Shown here one piece after another: positions 12,793-20,000 of a stretch of 20,000 nt of DNA. A model generated the notes under the pieces. It searched no databases, had not been told where the DNA came from, and saw nothing but the letters and a program-made list of their open reading frames with translations. Within the stretch, counting starts at the first letter, position 1, and each line of letters opens with the position of its first letter. This DNA comes from Vermamoeba vermiformis (taxonomy: Eukaryota), in NCBI GenBank assembly GCA_045837725.1, contig JBEWZL010000003.1:540682-560681 (forward strand), written 5' to 3'. Made by a program: the position numbers and the translations under genes.

Positions 12793-13044
12793 CACCCATC
12801 CGCACAGCATGGACGCCCATCCGCACAGCAGGGACACCTGTCCACACTGCACGGACGCCCATCCGCACAGCACGGACGCCCATCCGCACAGCACGGATGC
12901 CTGTCCGCACAGCACGGACACCTGTCCACACAGCAGGGACGCCCATCCACACAGCACGGACGCCCGTCCGCACAGCATGGATGCCTGTCCGCACAGCAGG
13001 GACAGCTGTCTGCACAGCACGGATGCCCATCCGCACAGCAGGGA
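12793..13044. repeat. 21-bp minisatellite, ~12 copies (consensus CCCGTCCGCACAGCACGGACG)
   Basis: Tandem units read directly; they explain the 7-aa periodic ORFs in several frames on both strands. Confidence 0.95.
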
Positions 13045-13105
13045 AAATACCATCACAAAATGAAGTCTGCAGTTGTTGCAAAAATGCATATAAACAAAAG
13101 TGATG

Positions 13106-13196
13106 CAAGGTGTCCATGGCTTTGCAGATACCTGATGACATGAGGGGGATTTGACTCCATCATTAAGAAGGTATCTGCAAAGCCATGGACACCTTG
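13106..13196. repeat. Perfect 28-bp inverted repeat with 35-nt spacer
   Basis: CAAGGTGTCCATGGCTTTGCAGATACCT (13106-13133) and AGGTATCTGCAAAGCCATGGACACCTTG (13169-13196). Confidence 0.95.
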
Positions 13197-13251
13197 ACAT
13201 GCTTTGAGAAAACTAAGTTAAGTTTAGCAAATTATAAAGGCCAAAGATATT

Positions 13252-14588
13252 CTAATCAGGAGAATTTATGTAATCAAACTGTTTTAACAAGTATATTTTG
13301 ATTAAAATTGTGTGTGATAAAAGGGGGCAAGATTGGCTTGCATCAAAATTTGAGCAATCATCCACAAGCAGAATAGACTTTTGTTGGAGCAAAGCAAGCC
13401 AGAGTTTGTCAAGGGCTTTAGGAGAGCAATACAGCAAATACCAATAATAAGGCAAAATGTAATAGTGGAGAGCAGCTTCAGATTGCGATAACATAAAGCC
13501 AGGTTGATCTAGCTAGAAATATTGTTAAAAAAAAGCAATAAATTCCAACAACATACCTTCAACCAATGTTTGCAATCAACAAACTGAGTGTCCATTAAGG
13601 GATTGACATGGGAGGTCAATTTCACCATGTCAAAACCCATTGCATCAGCTTTTAGAGCTTCATAAATGCTCATTACTGACTGTGCAAATAAGCTACTGAA
13701 GGATACCTGCAAAAAGAATTACTATTAATTCTTATTATTAACATTACTACATACTGGGATGTGTGTATTTGAAGACAAGTAATTTGGTTGCAGCTCTTTG
13801 AACTCGTCATTGCTCCTGGACAATTAGAGTTAGAGGTTAATTGACACTCAGACATGAGCTTACCAAGCTAAGTCAAAAATTTGCAAAGACATGCCCAAAG
13901 TACTCTTTAATTGACTGATGTATTGCAAATTCTTTCTGCTACAACATAAAATTCTGTTGCTGAAATTTGATCCTGGATCCTGTTCTTGGAGATAAGGAAT
14001 TTCTGTGCATGGCATTAGTATGGCTGTATAACTAAAAAGGAATTATACCTTTAATGCTTGGAGTTTGTGCAAAGACTTGCGAGGCGACTGGCTGAAATGA
14101 TTTTATTAAAATTACATTCGCACTCAAACAACACAAAACAAACCATTAGTGCTTTGAGTTTGCTTGTTGTACTTTGAATCTCATTGCCGGGTTGGCCCGG
14201 TAAACAATTTAGTGGTGCTTCAGATCGGCAATTACAGTCTTCCAAATGACCCGTGCAAGTAACAGGATGAATATGGGAATGCATCCTCTGGTAGTGCAAC
14301 AAATTATTATCCCTAAGACATCCAACCAGTAAGTTAAAAGCGCTTTTTTGTGGATCGTAACTTACGTGTATTGCTGCCCAGCAGTTTTTGCTGCTTTTAA
14401 AATAATAATTTAATATTTTTGTGTTTAAGCAAGTGAATTTTTTATGCGCAGGATTAATAACGAGGATGTAATTAAGCGAGTAGTTAATTGGTTTTTTTTT
14501 TTCATTAAAAATATTGTTAAAATTTAAAAATATGCTAAATTATACTAATTTTACCTTGAAAAGCATTTGAAAACGGGTTCGTAAACAT
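13252..14588 (-). CDS. Orphan hypothetical protein, 294 aa, 8 coding exons
   Basis: Exons 14588-14555, 14393-14366, 14312-14144, 14091-14049, 14002-13864, 13815-13755, 13706-13557, 13512-13252 total 885 nt and splice into one open frame: MFTNPFSNAFQAAKTAGQQYTDNNLLHYQRMHSHIHPVTCTGHLEDCNCRSE...DCKHWLKLDQPGFMLSQSEAALHYYILPYYWYLLY...KQFDYINSPD*. Probable 5'UTR intron donor near 14678. Confidence 0.7.
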
Positions 14589-14986
14589 TAGCTACCGTGG
14601 ATGACAAGTGATTGCGCGTTTCTGTGGGCTGTGGTGTTTTGTCAGCAATGTAGGAGGTTAAATTGGTAAATCACTTACCCGCCAGACGCGTTTTTACGGA
14701 ATTCGAGTTATTTACGGAATCTTGTCTCCGATGACACGTAATTCCGTCAAATTTTGACATTTTTATTGCTGCGTATCTTTCAGCAAGATTACCACAAGTC
14801 TTTGCATAGTAAAAAAAATTACACGTAATAATTTTATACGCACGATTTATAATTTGAGCGCGAAAGCAATGCTCAGATAAGTCCTTGATCGGATTTATTT
14901 TTTTTAAAAAAATCATTATTTATGGCTTATTACCTTTTAATAATTCAATATAATATGTAACAATTTTAATTGTATTTTTTAAACAG

Positions 14987-15770
14987 TGCCCGGAATTTTA
15001 AGACCCTGTTCTTCTACATCGACGCAGATCGTCTCAAAATCAAGGCCACGAGCAAGGCGTTGCAGAAATTGCACTCACCACAATTCGTACACGCTGCTTG
15101 CATAAAAACGGTAAACTCGTGGGGCCCGAATTGAATTTTTTTTGAGTCGACTCAAACTTTTGGTCGGAATTTCTGACCAGCGCAGGTTCAACTCCTGGCG
15201 TCCGCAGCATTTTATTTTTGTTTTTTTTGAGTCGACTCAAACACTTAGCACTGCCTCTGCTATTATTAATAAATGTAAAGGTGACTTGATTTTATCCCGT
15301 GCCTGCAATCCATTTACTAGATATTGTCGTGACAAGTAGCGCGATCTAAATCTAACACGGCACATTGATTGCATCGGTAAGTTTAAACTATAGATTATCA
15401 AAAGTAATAATATAATGTATTAATTCCGTTTTTATAGGTTTAGCATGAGGCTGACTTAGTGGATCGGTGGAGGGATCTGACGCGCTGAATTGTCACGATA
15501 GTCGAAGATTCAAGGCCCGTAAGTAATATTCGATGATTGTGCTATATAGTGACTAAAATAATATGACAGTAGATTGGCTAAATTTGCTAAAGTGTTGAAG
15601 AAATGCGATCCGCAACTTGACTGGATTCGCGAACCAATTATCAGTGTTGTGGTAAATAGGTAAGTTTATTTACGTTTTAATATTATAAATATACAATTAC
15701 TAACTCCTTAGTATTGTTAGAGTTAATGCGTGATTGCTTTAGTCTTGATCCCCGCGGGGCCCAAATAAAA
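14987..15770 (+). ncRNA. Putative spliced non-coding RNA, unit 1
   Basis: AT-rich introns 15377-15437, 15519-15572 and 15660-15720 have GTAAGT donors and TAG acceptors (weaker intron 15281-15320). Exons 15321-15376 and 15438-15518 each have stops in all three frames. Confidence 0.5.
15136..15242 (+). repeat. 22-bp direct repeat with an internal 16-bp palindrome, flanking a tRNA-like 3' fragment
   Basis: TTTTTTTTGAGTCGACTCAAAC at 15136-15157 and 15221-15242. Between them: hairpin TGGTCGGAATTTCTGACCA and T-arm-like CAGG-TTCAACT-CCTG. Confidence 0.75.
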
Positions 15771-15919
15771 ATGAATGAAATGATGAGGATAAGAGAATGA
15801 AATTTCATTGTTAATTCTAATCAATGAATGTTAATTGGTACACGAATGCTTTAAATCAATAGAAGAATGAAGGATGTCATTCTTCATCATTGGTATACTA
15901 ATCAATGTAAAGTAACAGC

Positions 15920-17752
15920 AACGCGTGCTTTAAATCCGGGATAGTCGCGCTAACGCGCGTAAAGCCCATCGTTTTTCGCATCAAAAAGAGCATAAAGAAC
16001 GCGATTTGGATCTAGTCGCGCTCCGCGCGCGTTCTTTCTGGGGATCAATCCCCGCAGGGGGTAGGTTTGAAAAAGTGAATGAAAATTGAATTGATTTGAT
16101 TGTGATGATGATGATGATGGTGATGATGATCATCATTGCAATGGTATCAATGACTGTTAACTGGTACACGTACGCTTTAAGCACGGGATAATCACGCTAA
16201 CGCGCGTAATTCCCATCATTTTGCACGTAAAAAAGAGCAAAAAGATCGATATTTGGATCTAATAGCGCTCCGCGCACTCTTTTCCGGGGATCAATCCCCG
16301 CAGGGGGTAACTTATGAAGAAAATCAGTGAAATTTGAGATTAGTTGATGATGATGACAATGATGATAATGATGGTGATGATTATGATGATGATGATGATG
16401 ATCATGAGAAGGATGATAATGATGATGTGACAATGTCGTGCAAAAAGAGCATTAAGAACGGAATTGAGAGCAAAGTAAAAGCCAAACAAAAAGAACGCTA
16501 GTGCAGTTCTGGGGATTGATCCCCGCAGGGGGTAACTTTAAAGAAAATGAATGAAAATTGAAATTAGATGATATGATGATGATGACAATGATGATGATCG
16601 TGAATATGAGAACGATGATGATGATGATGTGATGATGTGTCGTAAAAAAGAGCAGAAAGAACGGCATTGAGAGCAAGTAAAAGCCGAACAAAAAGAACGC
16701 TCATGTAGTTCCAGGGATCGATCCCCGCAGGGGGTAAGTTTAAAGAAAATGAATGAAAATTGCAATTAGTTGATGATGATGATGTAATGATGATGCAGTG
16801 ATGATGATCATCCTGAGGATGATGATGATGATGATGAAGACAAGATGATGATCATGGCAATGATGATGATATGGTTGAACGAATCAAGAGCATAAAGAAT
16901 GTACTTGGAGCTAACAACGAAGAGCGTAAAGAATGGTACCGAAAGCAAGTAAATGCCGAACAAAAAGACCGCGCTTGTAGTAACAGGGCTGCTTTCCCCG
17001 CAGGGGGTAGGTTACGAAGAAATTCAATGATACTTGAAATAATTCAATGATGATGATGATGGTAATGTGATGATGATGATGTGATGATGATATGGAGTGA
17101 TGATGATATGGTGTGAGTGACTTGATAACAAAACAGCAAATCAAGGATGGAAATAAAAAAACAAAGAGCATAAAGAATGTAGTTGGAGCTAACAAAGAAG
17201 AGCGTTAAGAAGGTAATTGGGAGCTAAAAAAGGCCGAACAAAAAGAACGCTAGTGTAGTACCGGGGATCGATCCCCGCAGGGGGTAGTTTAAAAAAAAAT
17301 GATAAAAATTGTAGGATAATTTGATAATGATGATAAGGATGATAATGATGAAGTGATGACGTGGTGCACAAGAGCATAAAGAATGTAGTTGGAGCTAACA
17401 AAGAAGAGTGTTAAGAAGGTAATTGGGAGCTAAAAAAGGCCGAACAAAAAAGAGCGCGCGTGTAGTTCCGGGGCTGCTTTCCCTGCAGGGGGTAGTTCAC
17501 AGAGAAATGACAAATATTGAAGAGTTTTAATGATGATGATCATGTGATGATGAAAATGTAATGATGAAGATGATTATCATGAAAATGATGATATGGTGTG
17601 AGTCAATTAATGGCAAAACAGTTAGCGGATGATGAAAAATTGACAAACAAAGAGCATAAAGAATGTGGTTGGAGCTAATGAAAAAGAGTGTTAAGAATGC
17701 TATTGAGAGCTAAGTAAAGCCGAGCAAAAAGAACACGCGCGTAGTTCCGGGG
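15920..17752 (+). repeat. Complex tandem array: ~8 units of ~200-280 bp, each a conserved module plus a variable (GAT)n microsatellite
   Basis: GGGGATC(A/G)ATCCCCGCAGGGGGTA or GGGCTGCTTTCCC(C/T)GCAGGGGGTA cores at ~16040, 16286, 16511, 16713, 16986, 17263, 17470; eighth unit truncated at 17752. Each core is preceded by AAGAGCA(T)AAAGA-like sequence (plus GCCGAACAAAAAGA-like sequence in units 3-8) and followed by AAATGAATGAAAATTG-like sequence and GAT tracts. Confidence 0.95.
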
Positions 17753-18592
17753 TTATACGATGGGCATGAAACGCTCAGGATTGATGCGAAAACCATGCCC
17801 AAAAAATCGTGGCAAAAAATCGAAGCAAAATAGCCAAAAAAGAACATGAACATTGATTTTTGAAGAATTTATTGCAGGAACAGATAGATTAAACAGAGAT
17901 CTATCTATTGAATATAGGGTCGCGATATTATTTGATAAGGTAAGGTAGTTATCGCGATAATCCCGGGTGGGCACGACCATGCCCAAGATCGCGAAGTTTG
18001 CATAATTAATTTGGATTTATTTAATTTTGATAAATTTCGTTAGTAGGTGCCTACTAACAACGTGTGGAGTGGTTGGTTTTTTTTTCGAAAACGTTGATAG
18101 TCATAGAACGTCGCGGAGATCTGACAACTCGGATTGCGTCAGCTTTGGAGAAATTAATGGCTAATAATGGCTAAATAACCCGTAAGTACCAGTAATTTAT
18201 CAATAGTTTATTTTTACTCGCGGTTCTAAGTCCGATCTCGAAGTTCGAACGGATTTAAATCCGCGAGATCACCGAAATTCTCTTAAATTAATTCATGAAA
18301 CAATGTTAACAATATTAATAAGCATTAATATATTATGATGAAGCGATTCTTACTCACTGACAATTCCGGTAGCGGATACGAACTTGTCACTAAAAATAGA
18401 ACGACGAGAGATCGACCACAAGGGTCGAATTGTTTACTTTTTATTGATGATTTACAGCAGACAGTTACGCGCCACGGCACCAGAGCCGTTTCAGCGCGAG
18501 TTATTTGCGACGATCCCCGATGCGATTTTGGATTTACAATAGTTCGATCACAAGGGACGAATTATTGTATTAATTATAGATATTATTGTTAG

Positions 18593-20000
18593 TCAACACG
18601 CGCACAACGATAATCAGCGTCGTTGCAGCGCGACATGCAAGTCAGCAATTTGTCGCGTCTAAATCTCGGAACTGTGACCGAGATCTTAAAAGGTAATAAT
18701 TTTCTGGTGACTCTTCCACCAATTATAATATATGGAAATCGTTGATTGAATTATTGATTTTTCAATTAAAAAATTAAAGATCCGGATTAGAGCTTAGTGC
18801 TCGAATTTTATCCGGATTTTTAACGAAATACTATGTAATTATATTTAAGACATCGTTATAATATTTATTTTTCATTACAGTAATGAATGGAAAAACGCGC
18901 GCGCGATCGAAAGTTTTATTGACTTTCGTATTGCCGGATCTAGACCACCAATGGTCGTTTCAGTGCATGCTCATGCTTTTCGTTCGTGTCCCGCGTTGGA
19001 GGTCTTCTCAGTGCTCGCTCATGGACTAGGCAACTTGTTGGCGAGATCGGATGCGTTGGCCGCATCGAAATATTCCGTAAGTAATTACGTAAGAATAATA
19101 ACAATCAATATGACGCAATAAATGCGTCTTTTTGAAATTTAAAAATCAAGGAAAATTTTTTTAAATCAGAGAAATCGGATCGAGCTTCGTGCTCGTGCAA
19201 AATTTAAATAATTGTTTAATTTATTATTAATACGATATACTAATGATTATTTGATAGGTTATTTGAGCGTCAGTACGAAGACGATGGTTCTAGATCGAGC
19301 GCGAAGTAGATCGCTCGATGACCGGTAGTGGCTAAAGAGTAAGTAGTTAAAATCGTTTATTTAATTATCATTTAATATCCTAATGTGTTTTTTTTAGGTT
19401 AAACAAATTCACCGTGGCGGATCTCGAACGCGATCTTCCCGCGTTAACAGATCCATTACATTGACAGTAGAAGACCCGTAAGTACGCGTAGGGTAATAAA
19501 TTGGTCAATACTAACGCCTTATATTAGTAGATATAACGAAGGCGGTTATGGAAGAGAAATTACGAGATCGAGATCCAACGCGTCTCGATCAGCTAAACTT
19601 TCAATACGGGGCATCGATTGTCTTAAAGGTAAGTGATCCCCCTTATATATTAACATTTTAAATAATTGATGCTAATTTTACGCCTAGGAGATGCCACGGA
19701 GCTGGGGCCAGAGATCGCGAAGTCAACCACTCGATCTCGCAGAAGTTCAATGACGCGCATCGATTGCCCCAAAAGTAAGTAAAATTGATGTTTATTTATT
19801 TATTTAACTCTTTACTATCATTAGAGTTGTGCGTGCATACTTTAACGTTGCGATCCCCTGGGGCCCTGCATTGATCCCCGCTTCAGTAATTAATTGCGCG
19901 CATCGAACGCGCTAAAAGTAAGTCAAATAGTTATTATTATAACATTTTAAGGTACTAATATCGATTATTATGTAGAGCAATTCGTTGATTCAAAATTTCG
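18593..20000 (+). ncRNA. Putative spliced, hairpin-rich non-coding (or decayed coding) transcript, unit 2; runs off the right edge
   Basis: Exons 18593-18692, 18881-19076, 19258-19338, 19398-19477, 19531-19628, 19688-19774, 19825-19917, 19976-end. Six consecutive GTAAGT donors, mostly with CTAA(C/T) branch points, and TAG acceptors. Exon 19258-19338 has stops in all three frames. Confidence 0.55.

Noticed and set aside
12722-13200. Five overlapping ORFs with 7-aa periodicity
   Set aside because: By-product of the stop-free 21-bp minisatellite.
15094-15209. Complete tRNA gene (Leu or Sec)
   Set aside because: No D-arm or properly spaced acceptor stem; only a 3' fragment is tRNA-like.
15981-17401. 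His/Ile-rich minus-strand ORFs with an LPPAGIDP motif
   Set aside because: Translation artefacts of the (CAT)n tracts and repeat core; frames are not conserved between units.
16300-17650. Hammerhead ribozymes suggested by TGATGA and GAAA
   Set aside because: The TGATGA strings are microsatellite, and I could not build the CUGAUGA core with its three flanking stems.
15920-17752. CRISPR-like repeat-spacer array
   Set aside because: Units are 200-280 bp, spacers are low-complexity GAT tracts rather than unique sequences, no cas genes are visible, and the context is eukaryotic.

Overview
Eukaryotic (protist-like, probably amoebozoan; inferred) genomic DNA with short GT-AG introns and CTAAC/CTAAT branch points, so most ORF-track entries are exon fragments. 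The left half (1-11.3 kb) is an ordinary gene-dense block that I spliced by hand: the 5' exon of a secreted NMT1/THI5-type solute-binding-domain protein, a GPI-anchored Cys-rich PSI-like protein, a BTB/POZ-SPRY protein, a hypothetical protein, a GM130-like golgin and a sedolisin/TPP1 (S53) peptidase. The right half is unusual. It holds a ~1.5 kb stretch with no CpG, a 21-bp hairpin minisatellite decaying by CpG transitions, a perfect 28-bp inverted repeat and an intact 8-exon orphan gene (294 aa). Divergent from that gene lie two multi-exon, apparently non-coding, hairpin-rich transcription units that flank an array of ~8 conserved GATCCCCGCAGGGGGTA modules separated by variable (GAT)n tracts. 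The spliced structured RNA + repeat array + orphan gene arrangement is the best candidate for something undescribed. It has no expression or homology support yet.
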